64,000 bases of DNA from Octopus vulgaris. Lineage: Eukaryota. Numbering within the stretch: position 1 is the first letter of the stretch; each line of letters starts with the position of its first letter. The stretch is taken from positions 51,832,001-51,896,000 of the forward strand of contig OX597814.1 of the NCBI GenBank assembly GCA_951406725.2. The letters are read 5' to 3'. The translations under genes and the position numbers were made by a program. Under the pieces are notes generated by a model. That model was not told the DNA's origin and searched no databases. It was given only the letters and a program-made list of their open reading frames with translations. This document shows positions 52,373 through 64,000 of this stretch, piece by piece.

Positions 52373-52471
52373 TTATCTGTGAGGCATATCCATTGACAAT
52401 GCTTGGACTATCCATGAGTCACATTTGGAACCTTCTCGAAATTCATCTTTTGTCAACTTGCCATCATTGTT
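52373..52471 (-). CDS. NCS1: Neuronal calcium sensor 1 / frequenin-like, terminal coding exon (NNDGKLTKDEFREGSKCDSWIVQALSMDMPHR*)
   Basis: atttttag acceptor on the - strand, phase 0. Completes the EF4 loop DLNNDGKLTKDE and matches the NCS-1 C-terminus DGKLT..EF.EGSK.D..IVQALS. Confidence 0.93.
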   Translation of the reverse strand, partial: NNDGKLTKDEFREGSKCDSWIVQALSMDMPHR

Positions 52472-52739
52472 CTAAAAAATAAAGATAAAAATATAGATTA
52501 ATAAATGTTAAAAACAGAAATAACACAACTATTTTATAAAATTTTAGCTTTTTTTAAAATTTCCAGCTAAAAATTTAAAAAACAGGACATTTAATGCACT
52601 ACATTTTTACAGACAAACATCTGAATAAAATGTCATCTGCAAGTATACAAATTAAAAATTATTTTATCTTACAGTAAGGCAAATAGATTCTGTGAATCAA
52701 AGATGTATATTAATAAGTAAATGAACTTCATTCATAACT

Positions 52740-53073
52740 ATGATACCAGTGCTAGTGGCATGTAAAAAGCACCATCCAAACGTGGCTGATGCCAGCAACA
52801 CTTGACTGGCGTTTGTATTGGTGACACGTAAAAAGCACCAACTGATCGTGGCCGTTTGCCAGCCTCCTCTGGTCCCTGTGTCAGTGGCATGTAAAAAGGT
52901 CCCACTACACTCACGGAGTGGTTGGCATTAGGAAGGGCATTCAGCTGTAGAAACACTGCCAGATCAGATTGGAGCCTGGCGCAGCCTCCTGGCTTCCCAG
53001 ACACTGGTCAAACCGTCCAACCCATGCTAGCATGGAAAACGGACGTTAAATGATGATGATGATGATGATGATG
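52740..53073 (+). mobile_element. RTE-3'-tail-type short repeat
   Basis: Reverse complement of the RTE 3'UTR at 10-400, with a (GAT)n tail. Confidence 0.85.
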
Positions 53074-53210
53074 AATTAAAGGGGTTTCAGCTATAAGCAT
53101 CCTGTCTTTTTAGGGGTTATTTAATGTGACCTTTCCTTAATAGGGTATGAGAGGTTTTGGTGCTACTTGTTTGGCATCACTGATTTGATGCTGACTTATT
53201 TGCCATCAGT

Positions 53211-53242
<32 letters not shown>

Positions 53243-54527
53243 TCTCTGTGAGCATATGTTTCTTTATGTGTATAAGATCAGGAGAAACTGTTTATGGCAT
53301 CATGTTCAATTAATAAATTGTGATCTCTCTCTCTCTCTCTCTCTTATTCTATCTGTATGTGTATATTTCTGGGTATGCATGCATGTGTGTGTGTACCTCC
53401 AGGGCCAAAAAGTACTGTTGCCAAAACATGTTTTATGTCCAGTCATCAGCAGTGACAAATCACCAGCATCCAAGCAGTCACACCCAATCATCTCATTCTG
53501 CTTTATTAAAAATTTAAGTGTTACCCAAGGGAGATTTGACTGCTAGTTTCTAATAAAAGCTGATAGAAAGCAGAAACCTTCTTAACTTTTCTCTTAACAA
53601 TCTTACATAGAAATATGTGGCTGTAAGTTTTTAAGGCAATCAATCTATAACAGCTAAGCATCAACATATACATTTCCCAATTCTAAGTACTAATGCCTAT
53701 GCACATTAAAAACTATACCTAAGTACTTTTATCCAATAATAATTGAATGTCTTTATTATGCATTACAAACTTTTGAAGTAGCTAACTCAGCTTCTCTTTT
53801 GCATCCTATCTTAAAAATATATCCATTGTGTAAATTGTATATTTAAAATATTTTGTTCTAGTTTTCCATTTTGATGAATATTGACAATCTTTGTAAATAA
53901 ATTTATGAAAGAATCATGAAAAAAAAAAATCATAATGCTAAATGGTTTTCTACTTTCTGTTTCAAGGAATGTTCATAAATTGATTAAAAAGAAACATCCA
54001 TTATAAGTTTTAAGATTAAATGATAATCTTAGGATATAAAAGTAAATAAATTTAAAACATCAGTACAGACATTTGATGAGAGGTGTGTTGTCAAATATTA
54101 TTTGTTATCTTAAAGTAAATAACGCAAATTCACAATAAAAAGTAATTGATGAGATTGGAAATGGTATTTTTAGTCAAGTATTGAAATGAATATGAACAAA
54201 ATGAGATAAAAAAAGAAGAGCAATCCTGAATTCTGATATTTATAACTGTATTCACAGTATATTTATTATAAGGATATTATATGAGCTAACATGGTCGCAT
54301 CTGTGTGATCATTCAACCTGATAGAAATAGCAACAAATTTCTATAAAATCACACACCCTATCCTCTTAAATGAAGAAAGGCACATTAAACAATGTTGTTT
54401 CTGATATATAAAAGGATGGTATGGTCACAACTGGAGCACTTTTGATCAAATGTCTACTGGATTGGGGATAATCTGGTGGTGGTGGAAATAGACAACAAAA
54501 TTAAATTGAATCTAAGGAGTTGCAGTA

Positions 54528-55093
54528 TTGGGTTGTCCAGAAAGTTTGTGCCAATTTATAGCAGCTTACCTTTCGACTTATTTTAGAACATGGTTGAGTC
54601 CATAAAATAGGATTTGACTACACCTCCATTTAGAGCACAGTTTAAGCTATCTTTTCGTGGAAGAAGGTTTATGTTCCTATAACCTGTGTTAATTCTGTAA
54701 CCCTTTAAAATGGAAGATAAGAAAGTTCATTTTCGGCACTTGATGCTTTGGGAACCAGATAAAAATTGCTGCAGCTTGGCTGGAATGTGTTACTCCACCC
54801 TCCATATTCACCAGATATTGCTCCGTCGGATTTCCACTTATTCGGGTCTCTGCAGAATAGTCTTGATGGTAAAAATTTCAATTCCTTGGATGACGTAAAA
54901 AGATACCTTGATGAATTCTTTGCCATGAAACCACATCAATTCTGGGAAGAGGATATTTTCAAGTTAAAGGAAAGATGGAGATACATTGTGCAACAAAATG
55001 GTTCATATTTGGTTGATTAAAAATGTAATGGCAAGTATTCATTGACCTTTTTCTTTCCTTTAAAAATAGGCATGAACTTTCCGTACAACCCAA
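54528..55093 (+). mobile_element. Internally deleted mariner (IS630/Tc1/mariner) element in the NCS1 intron
   Basis: TA|TTGGGTTGTCCAGAAAGTTTGTGCC ... GGCATGAACTTTCCGTACAACCCAA|TA TIRs. The N-terminus MEDKKVHFRHLMLWE is joined to the C-terminus HPPYSPDIAPSDFHLF. Confidence 0.93.
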
Positions 55094-56627
55094 TAAAATC
55101 ATCTCAAGATGTGGTAACTTTTCATATCATTTTGTTTATTTTATTTTTTACTAGCTGAGTTTTAAAGAAGAGACAATGCTCAGAATTTTGTATCTTTCTT
55201 CCACCACCACCACTACACTGATGAGATTGTTGCCATTAATTTCAGCTTAAAGTGTTGGTAGTCAACACCCATAGGGAAGGCATGAGCAAATGGAATTCCA
55301 GATGGATTGGAAGTTGTGGTTAGTGTAGGGTTGAGGGCAGGACGCAACATGGGTGATGAGAAGAGAAAAGGTGAGCGAGTTGGTAATGCCATGTTGGGGT
55401 GACATGAGATTGGCTAGCTCTGAGAAACATACAGGCTATTATAGTAATGGCAGAAAAGAGAAGAGACAGTATACTTGTGACAAGAACCTGGAGTATGTCT
55501 GAATACTTTTATGCTAATCAGTTAAGCAACCTTTCTCCGGAGGCAGTGTTTATAAATGGAAAGATGAGATAGAGAACATCCAAATGCACATTTGAATTAT
55601 TATCTACTGGTGTACATTTGAACACTCATATAATTATCAATTTATAATAGGTAGCTCTCCATTTACTCTGGCAACAATTTTATTTTTTTTTATGTTATTT
55701 TCAAAAACACTCAATTTTCGATATTTACATGTATGTATATATGGACTAATATGGCTAAAAATCTAAGGTGATAAATATATCACTCAGAATATCAATGTGC
55801 CTTGTAGACATATAATATTGATTCTGTAAAGAGAAGCAATATCATCAGCTAGATCTTGATCTTTTTTGTATTATAGCCAGTAACATACAGTGAGAATTGG
55901 AATATTAGCAGCACATGCCAAGAAGAGATTTGAATAAATGAATGAATAGGCAACATCTTAAGACATTAATAAAATCATTCATATGTCACTGCTATTGGCA
56001 TTGATTCTACTTATTAAATACACCTGACTTGTGTTTTTAAGTATGTAAACCTGTCTATCATTAAGTTACAGGTGCTACTGACATATTTAAGCTGGAGAGC
56101 CAGCAATTTTTTGGCTAAACTTACATAACTAGAGAAAAATTACAATGTTTTCTTGTAAATAAATATCTATGTAAAACAATGAAATGTTAACAGGATTTTA
56201 AAAATTGAGAAGAGATTAGATAACATGAAATATAATCCAAAGAGAAAAAAACTTTAGCTTGATGGCATAAAATATTAAGAAAATATAAAAGATTAGTTGA
56301 ATCAGTTAAATAGTATATTTACAAGTTACAGGTTTGAAAAGAATGAAAGCAGTATAGATGAGCTACTGGTACATGTGTGAAATAAGATATTAAACCAACC
56401 ACATTTCTTTATTATGTATATTATAAAGCATAAATATTAAATTTAATGGGCTGAAATTTTTCTAATTGTTTTTTTATGTTAAATATCATTCTGATGCTTA
56501 AAAACAGGTGAGGTTTGACAAGAAGGGCATCTAGCCATAGAAAACCTGCCTCAACAAACTGTCTGACCCAGCATAGAAAAATGGACATTGAATGATGATG
56601 ATGATGATGTGTGTGTGTGTATATATA

Positions 56628-56839
56628 CAAGGTAGACAAAAAGTAGGTTTACAGTTATTCAACTATCTCTTTCGCATTCATATATTAACAGTTCAGATCT
56701 TAATTATAAAAAAATATGAAACCATTTTGCTATGCTAATTTAGTTAATTGTAAGATAAAAATTTAAATGTAATAAAATGTTTTAAAAGAAATTTAAAGTG
56801 CCTACGTGATAATTGTAAATCTACTTTTGGGCCACTCTG
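56628..56839. mobile_element. Tc1/mariner-type MITE
   Basis: TA|CAAGGTAGACAAAAAGTAGGTTTACAGTT ... AATTGTAAATCTACTTTTGGGCCACTCTG|TA imperfect TIRs. Confidence 0.7.
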
Positions 56840-56901
56840 TATAGATATATATATATATCATCATCATTTAACATCCGTTTTCCATTTCCATGCTAGCATG
56901 A

Positions 56902-56902
<1 letters not shown>

Positions 56903-56942
<40 letters not shown>

Positions 56943-56963
56943 TAGATAGATAGATAGATAGAT
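56903..56963. repeat. (TA)n(GATA)n compound microsatellite
   Basis: Direct observation. Confidence 0.95.
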
Positions 56964-59399
56964 AAGTAACAACAGATGGATAATGTGTCAATTCACTACA
57001 GCTGTTTCCAACGAATTTTTAATTGATTAATAGAGATGTTGCATCGTTAGAAAAAAAAACATTTTCATCAGGTAAATACATGAACCACAACATTTAGAAA
57101 CATACAAAAATCAACAGCATGTGCTTGATTCTACAAGCCTTGCTGGTCATGATACTCAGTTGAGTTCATAACCTGAATATCTTTCTGCCTGTACTTTGGT
57201 AACCACGTATGAATTCATCTTTCTTTGTTGTGTATGCATTTTAATTTTGATTTGCTCCAGTGCCTTACCATTTAAGTACCTGGTTCACTTGAACCCTAGT
57301 CTTTTGTTACACACACAAACACATATATAATCTATTTGTTGTTGTTGATTTTATAGCATTTCATTCTTTCATATGTTTTCAAGGATTCACTCAACATGAA
57401 GCTAGGCTGTGGAATGAATGAAATCTGTTGGTGAAGAGAAGTTTTTGATGTATTAATGTGGGTGTGTCAGAGTTTCTTACCATTCCTCTATAGATTCTGA
57501 CATATTCAACTCAAATTACAAAAAGATTAAGCAAGTGTTAAAATCAAGCTAATATAATCTATGAAGCAATTTATATGAAAATACATTCTTGTAAATTTTC
57601 CTTATTCTTTTAATTCTATGGAGTATCCATTCTTATTTTCTATGTTACAGCAGTTGAGCTGCTGTTATAAATAAATCAGCATTTTATATATCTAACTCCA
57701 GGCATTAGGATGGTATACAGAAAATATGCAGTGGAAAATGAAGATAGTTTATACCTGTTCATGAAGAAAAGCTACAGTTATAGCAAGATTTCTTTTATTT
57801 ATCTTCTTGAATATAAAAACAAATTCTTTATATGAATAACATTTTGATTTTGAAAAAATTCTGAATTACAGCTGATCAAAAAATTATAAAAGAGAAAAAA
57901 GAAAAATAGGTTTACAAAGAAAAATAAGTTTCAAAGGATTTTCTGTAATGTTATTTGAAATAAATATATAAAAAAAGTGGAGGATAAACTAAATATCATT
58001 TTTTTTTATTCACAGAGAGGGGGTCAAATGGCAGCTGTTTTTCAGAAAAGGAAGTGTAATTTCTGCTGGATAAGTTTTCATTCAACTAATGGAATACGTT
58101 GCACCTGCTCTTATGATAACACTTGAAGGTGTTATCGCTATTGAAAACATCTCTTACTGTTCCAAGGATAAGCTATGCATAATCACAAAATTCATTAAAA
58201 ACCAACATACAAGAATGAACATGTTAGAATAAATTGAACAATATGTGATTCCTCTGATTAAGCATAGATTATACAGTGGCCACCATAAGCATAGAACCAT
58301 TAAGTGATTTTATGAATTTTTGATATTTTCTAACTTTTCAAATAAAATTGTTAATCAATACACACAGTAATATAAAGAAAGCTGTAAATGCTTAAAACAG
58401 AGAACAAAGGGTTTTATTTTTGTTTTGATAATGCTTTTCATCACCAGTATATTACATCCACTTTTCCATGTTGTGTGGTCATCACAGTCCAAATTAGATC
58501 TTATTTGGAATTACTACCCTCCTAGATGGATCAGGAACCATGTTTTGCTCTATGTTTCATTTTTAGCATGGCTTCTAAAGCTGAATACTACTTTACAGAA
58601 TGCACAAAATACATTTTACTGTGGTTACCAGTACTAGAGAGATTGCCTTATCCCTTGCAAGACTGAAGAGTTCTCTACCTTATATTGTTTCAGTTCTTTT
58701 GTTACCAACTCCCAAAGTGTTTTCACTTAACAAAATATCCCCCCACTCTTTGCATTGTCTGACTCATTCCTTCCTTTTCCATACAAAACAAGGTGGGAAG
58801 AAAACTAGAGTGAGAAGTTGATAATAGGGAGAGTTTCAAAAGAGAACTAAGGATAAGAGTAAGGTGATATACAGCTACATAAAGGTTATTGGTAAAGAGC
58901 TTGAGCTTGAAAAGGGTGATGAAAGAGAGAAAAGGATGACAGAATGTTGTGAGAGAGAGAGGAGTAATAAAGTAGTTACATGATAGTTAATGTTAAAAAA
59001 GATTGAACAGAAGTTCAGTGAAGGAGTGACAAAAAGAAGGAGAGAACAATGGGAAGAAGACAGAACGAGGTAAGACATAATAATGAAAATAAGAGTGATG
59101 GTAAAGAGAATGCTGAATAGCAATAAAAGCAGCTGATGGTGGAGAAAGACATATTATATAAAAGGCGTAATGAAAGAGAGAACGGTGGTAGGGATTTCCA
59201 TCATCATTGTTATCATTATTTTGTGTCTGCTTTTCTATATTTGCATGTGTTGGATGGCTCAGCATTTTACTTATTATTGTGGTCTTTTGTCATCGTCTTA
59301 TGAGGATCACTGTCTTGAGATCGGTTTCACTACCTTGTTCTTGGTTCCCTTTCCTCCACAGGTTCCATTCTCTTAGAATACTTGATACTTCTTATACAA

Positions 59400-59990
59400 T
59401 TGACATCCTCCATATGCATCCCGTATCTGTACCAATGCAGTTTTCTCTCTACTTCAGTTTCTGATTCCTTTTCTATCCAGTTTTTCTCTTAGTTCATTTG
59501 TGCACAAATATTACACATTAACCTTTCCAAATTTTTTGCATTCAAGGCACATATCTCACTATCATGCATCACCACACATCATATAACATACCCTTCACTC
59601 TGAAAAAGAATACCATTGTTGCTAATAGGAGTAGGAACTCCCTGAATTTTTTCCATCCCATTCTAATTCTGGAAGTTATGATTTCAATGCTAATAAGGTC
59701 ATTTAAGTAATTAGAGTTTTCAACTACTTTTTGAGAGTCTTCTGAGCATTTGGAATAATTTTACATGATTTCTTACTGTTTATTGTGCATCTTCATATAT
59801 GGTGTACGATATAGAATTCCTACCAACTCCTTATATACATAATGAGCAAGGTGACTACCGACTACCCTAATGCCGGTATAGTTCTGTCTTCTTTCCTAAC
59901 TAAAATTTTTGTTTTTCTTTCTCTGCACTCTCTCAACTCTAGGTTTATTTTGAAAGCTTTGATCTGACTACATAACTGACTAAATGTGAC
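59400..59990 (-). mobile_element. Degraded RTE LINE fragment
   Basis: Segments parallel the RTE at 800-1450 (e.g. ttccatcccattctaattctgg = RIRMGWK; caactact). Confidence 0.55.
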
Positions 59991-60289
59991 CAACTTCAGA
60001 TATTTTCAATATCTCAGTAACTATCCTTTACTTTTAATAAATCATACAAATGTATAAATTTCCAAGAACAGCTAACTCTATATTATCATAGAAAAAAATG
60101 AAAATGAACAATATTAATAATTAATATGTATGGTATGCATTAGATAATACAATTGTATATTCACATATTTGTGTGTCTTTGGGTTTGTCCCCCACATAAC
60201 TTGAGTGCTGGTGTTTGTTTACATTCTTTACTTTCCTTACATTTCTTACTTTCAACATGTTATGTCCCACTACTACACATCAGTGGTTG

Positions 60290-61544
60290 TGTGAGTTACA
60301 AATCATCGTCACTGTTATATCCCGCATTATGACAATATATTTCATCGTCTCTGTGGGACTGGCTCAAACAGAAGAACTTGCTGACTGACATTACTGACTG
60401 TGTCAGTCCACTATTTATTAGTAGTGGACCAGCCCACTTCTCACCGGGGGGGGGGGCATTCACTACAACACCTACCCCCTTTGAGATTTTTCTTTTTTCT
60501 CAATACAACAATTTTTTTTTCACTACTTTTTCTTCTAACCAGAATTATTTTTCTTATTTAGATTTTTTTTCTTGTTCCACACAGAATTATATACATATAT
60601 ATATATTTCCAAAAATTACACAGCATTATTATATATATATTTTTCATTTCTACAGTTTTTCCTTTTATTACACTTTTCTCAGCAGAAACTGGATTGGTTA
60701 CCTGCAAACTTTCATTATCTTTTAAAGTGTTTGCATTAGAACAATTCCTCAACAAAGTGTATTCAAGTAGAAAGGACCTTTTCTTGTAACAGATGGCACA
60801 GATTCTCTAATTTCAGAATTTTCTACAATGTATTCTTCACTAGTCACTTCCATCAACATTTCATCTGGAGTCTTTTCAAGGAAGATTTGTTTTGTATCCT
60901 CAATTACAGAATGGCTTGCATCTTCTTTGTCCATTTTAACTTTCTTAGCAATTGGTTCATTTTCAATTTCAACAGATGATTTCTGCTTACGTTTGAAATC
61001 TGGTATGGCTTGCTTTAAATGTATCGTTAATTCTTTTTCATTTTTTTTCTTCTAACCAGAATTATTCTTTGTTCCACACAGAATAATTAAATTCTTCGTA
61101 CAGACTTATTATTTTTTGTTCCCCACAGAAGCATTTTTTAAATTCAAAATGCCGTAGGTAGTACCAAGTCTACATTATTACTGGTAGTGCTACTACATAT
61201 AGTGACCTGACTTCAAATGGACTTATTATTTTTTATTCCGCACAAAATTATTTTTCACCATGTGTTAGAATTCCAATTTTATCAGACATTCTTTTCTTCA
61301 GAAGTTTTTTTTTTTCATATTTTTCACTGTGTATATTACTTTTCACTGTGTGAAGTTCAATTCTGTGTGAACTACAAATCCTCATCGCCACTGTTATGTC
61401 CTGCATTATGACTATGTATTTCGTTGTCTCTGTGGGACTGGCCCAAACAACGTATCTCACTGACTGACATTACTGACTGTGTCAGTCCACTATTTATTAG
61501 TAGTGGACCAGACCATTTCTCATCTGGGGGTGTCCGCCACAACA
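60290..61544 (-). mobile_element. Small LTR retroelement (TRIM-like/deleted) with two about 180-bp direct repeats
   Basis: Repeats at 60290-60470 and 61364-61544 both start TGTTGT on the - strand and contain AATAAA. A purine tract AAAGGGGGTAGG (60471-60482) abuts the downstream repeat. Confidence 0.75.
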
Positions 61545-61719
61545 TTTCATAAGTTAACAATGAGCATTTTACTGATTTACACTAAAAATTTGTACTAACC
61601 CTTAAAATCTAATCAATATGAATATATTTCTAGGTTTCAAACAAGAGACTGAGCTACAGGATCTCCTAGTGACAAAACTAAATACCAACAGAAATTATGT
61701 GTAACTCTTCCACATAGAT

Positions 61720-62036
61720 CAGAGATTCTCAACCATTTTTTTTTTTAATAGTCTGGTCCCCTTTGATTACCATTTTATTCTGGTAAAACCCCATAGCCAT
61801 TCACTGTTTAAAAACTAGTTTTATAGATACTTCTTTCAAAATTTCTATTTCGTTTTTCACATATTAACTTGTGTAGGTTGAACTATGTAAAATGTTAGAG
61901 GAAAAAAAACCTAGTTGATTCTTGCAATACATACCAATACATACATCTTAAGCAAAAATTTTTCAGAGGTCCTTAAAATACTATTGTGGCTCCCAATTTA
62001 CTGTTTTGTTGCATGGACTCCACTTGAGAACCATTG
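61720..62036. mobile_element. hAT (Charlie-like) MITE
   Basis: TIRs CAGAGATTCTCAA / TTGAGAACCATTG, with an 8-bp TSD ACATAGAT / ACATAAAT (one mismatch). Confidence 0.8.
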
Positions 62037-62781
62037 ACATAAATCAAATAGTTGCGGTTGTTTTGCATCCAGGCTACATTTGATTGTGCAGATCTATTAT
62101 CTTAAATGTTCCAGCCACACCACTAATCTATGAGTGGGCTTACAGTATACAATGTGATATTCCATTTTAAAGATGGTCTGGTAGGATTTGAGAAATATTT
62201 TATTGTTATTTCTAGCAAGTCAAGTCACTGTATAGAAGCTCCCCCAATGGTTCAAAACAGTAGCAGTTATTTGATATAGTCTTATTTTAAATTTCATTAA
62301 TGCTTTTGTTGCAGTTATTGACTAATTATATCTAATTATTCTCATTATATTTGCCCACTTTTCTTTTCCAATAAACATAAGATATTGCTACAAAAATGCA
62401 TTTAATATAACAGTAAATAACCACAGAAAACAGTAACAAAAATAATTAAATGGGGCATACAGAAAATAAACATATAAAAATTATTTGAACACACATACAC
62501 ATGAATTAGTGTAAAGTAACACATTCATACTTGCACACATACAATTTCATTGTAAAAATACTTCTTTTTTTTTTAGCTAGTGCTAGCACAGAAAAGAAAT
62601 ATGCATAAGGCTTAAGCAAAATATGTTTAAAATATGTCTACATCTTGTAATAAATGTTAATTAAAATGTTTCAGAAATAATGCAATCATAAATTATAGTC
62701 TCTCATTTAATAGAAATTAATTTTGTTTCACATTAAACAAAGTAAATAAAGGAAAAAATTTAGCTGTTCTTAAAAACATAC

Positions 62782-62948
62782 CAAATCCATTTGGGCAAAT
62801 ATTTTCTCAACTCTTTTTTCTGGAGTATCTTCATCTTCCGGTAAATCCATTAAGTTACCCACCATATTATAAATAGCACCTACAATATCAACCATCTCCT
62901 TTTTGGTGATATATCCATCGTTGTCAAGATCATACAAGTTGAAAGCCC
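62782..62948 (-). CDS. NCS1: NCS-1/frequenin-like exon ([56 protein letters not shown])
   Basis: aatttag acceptor (phase 1 in Trp) and TTG|gtatgt donor. Canonical EF3 loop [12 protein letters not shown] and the NCS-1 signature TPEKRV. Upstream exons were not found in the window. Confidence 0.95.
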
Positions 62949-64000
62949 CTAAATTATAGAAGAAAGAAATATTTTACCAATTTAGCTCAAATAAGAAAAA
63001 TATTCTCCAAAAATCATTTAAAAATGGAGCACATTTTATCAAACATGCTTTAATAAAAGAGCTTCAAATCCTTGATTACCCCCCCCCCCCCCCCACTACC
63101 ACACACCTTATATGGTAATACAGGCAAAGCTATAGTGGAAGTGTCAAAACAACTAAAACATTGTATTCTGGTGTAACAAATATCTGAAAATAAGAAAGGT
63201 ATGCCAACATATTTGAAATGCAAGCTTTTACAATTAAAGCAAAATTAAAACCAGCAACTTGAAACACATTGGTATAATATATGTATGTACAATCATATTT
63301 AACATGTTCATATACACTTGAAAGTGGGAAGAGCTTGTGCTTTGTGGAAATAGTCTCAGGTGTAAGTTCTTTTGTTGTGGAAAGATCATTTGTAGCTCAT
63401 GAAGCTTAAGGAGAATTTTTTCCCAGGACTATATCTGTAGCAAAAGGACATAAATGTGTAAAATATGACTGTACATGCATGTATTTTATTCCATGCAGCT
63501 TTGTGCACCTACAGATAGTTAATTCCAGCTTGACAAAGCTTTGTGCACATGAGAAAATGTACTACTTGCTGTTCTTATATATATAAGATCAACTGTTCTT
63601 ACAGGTCTGTGAAGGACTGAATCAGTATTCATAACTTGAAGGACAATGATGCAGAAATGCATGCATCTTACAATTGGAGGATGTGTGAAAAAGCCTAGTG
63701 ATGTGTTTTCACACATATCAATGAAAAGAATTTTCTGCAGAGACTATTTCCACTGTGAAAGGCCTTCTGACATCCAAGTATACAAGAACATGTTCAATAT
63801 GATTGTACATACATATATTTCATTCAACACTGCTTCATAATCCTCCAGTTAATTAAACATTAATATAATATATACATACAAACATTAAGTGCCAACACTT
63901 ATTAGTGGTTAAGATATTTACTCTTAGATCTCACTATGAGGTACCTTATGTAAGTATCTTCTATTGTAACATTTGCTTTACAAATACCTTGTGAAGAATT

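Noticed and set aside
58016-58130. + strand acceptor plus a 32-aa Cys-rich sORF (MAAVFQKRKCNFCW...) antisense in the NCS1 intron
   Set aside because: Short, with no homology or partner exons, and expected by chance. RNA-seq would be needed.
63519-63840. ORFs upstream of the NCS1 exon
   Set aside because: No EF-hand/NCS similarity, so they are not the missing upstream exons.
1-64000. CRISPR arrays, rRNA, prokaryotic operons or defence systems
   Set aside because: The sequence is eukaryotic with spliceosomal introns, and I saw no repeat-spacer arrays or rRNA motifs.

Overview
AT-rich, repeat-dense eukaryotic DNA. The repeat families (RTE LINE with a (GAT)n tail, several tRNA-derived SINEs, abundant TA/CA/ATC microsatellites) look like Octopus/coleoid cephalopod, which is an inference. 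Almost all ORF-track entries are spurious or transposon debris. Two real spliced genes, both missed by the ORF track, lie tail-to-tail. (1) On the + strand, the last four exons (2922-3005, 3997-4072, 5284-5399, 12582-12720) encode the kinase-end plus KEN domain of an IRE1/RNase L-family protein whose RNase catalytic residues are replaced (pseudo-RNase candidate). (2) On the - strand, the last two coding exons (62782-62948, 52373-52471) encode an NCS-1/frequenin EF-hand protein whose 3'UTR carries strong miR-8 and miR-1 sites. The most striking non-genic structure is a head-to-head pair of tRNA-headed SINE-like elements (13352-13756) with an intact Penelope-type minimal hammerhead ribozyme in the right arm. 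Further decayed hammerhead motifs occur elsewhere. Also present: a piggyBac with TTAA TSDs, an internally deleted mariner, hAT/Tc1 MITEs, a small LTR element with a PPT, and CR1, RTE and Gypsy fragments. All calls were made by eye, and repeat boundaries are approximate.
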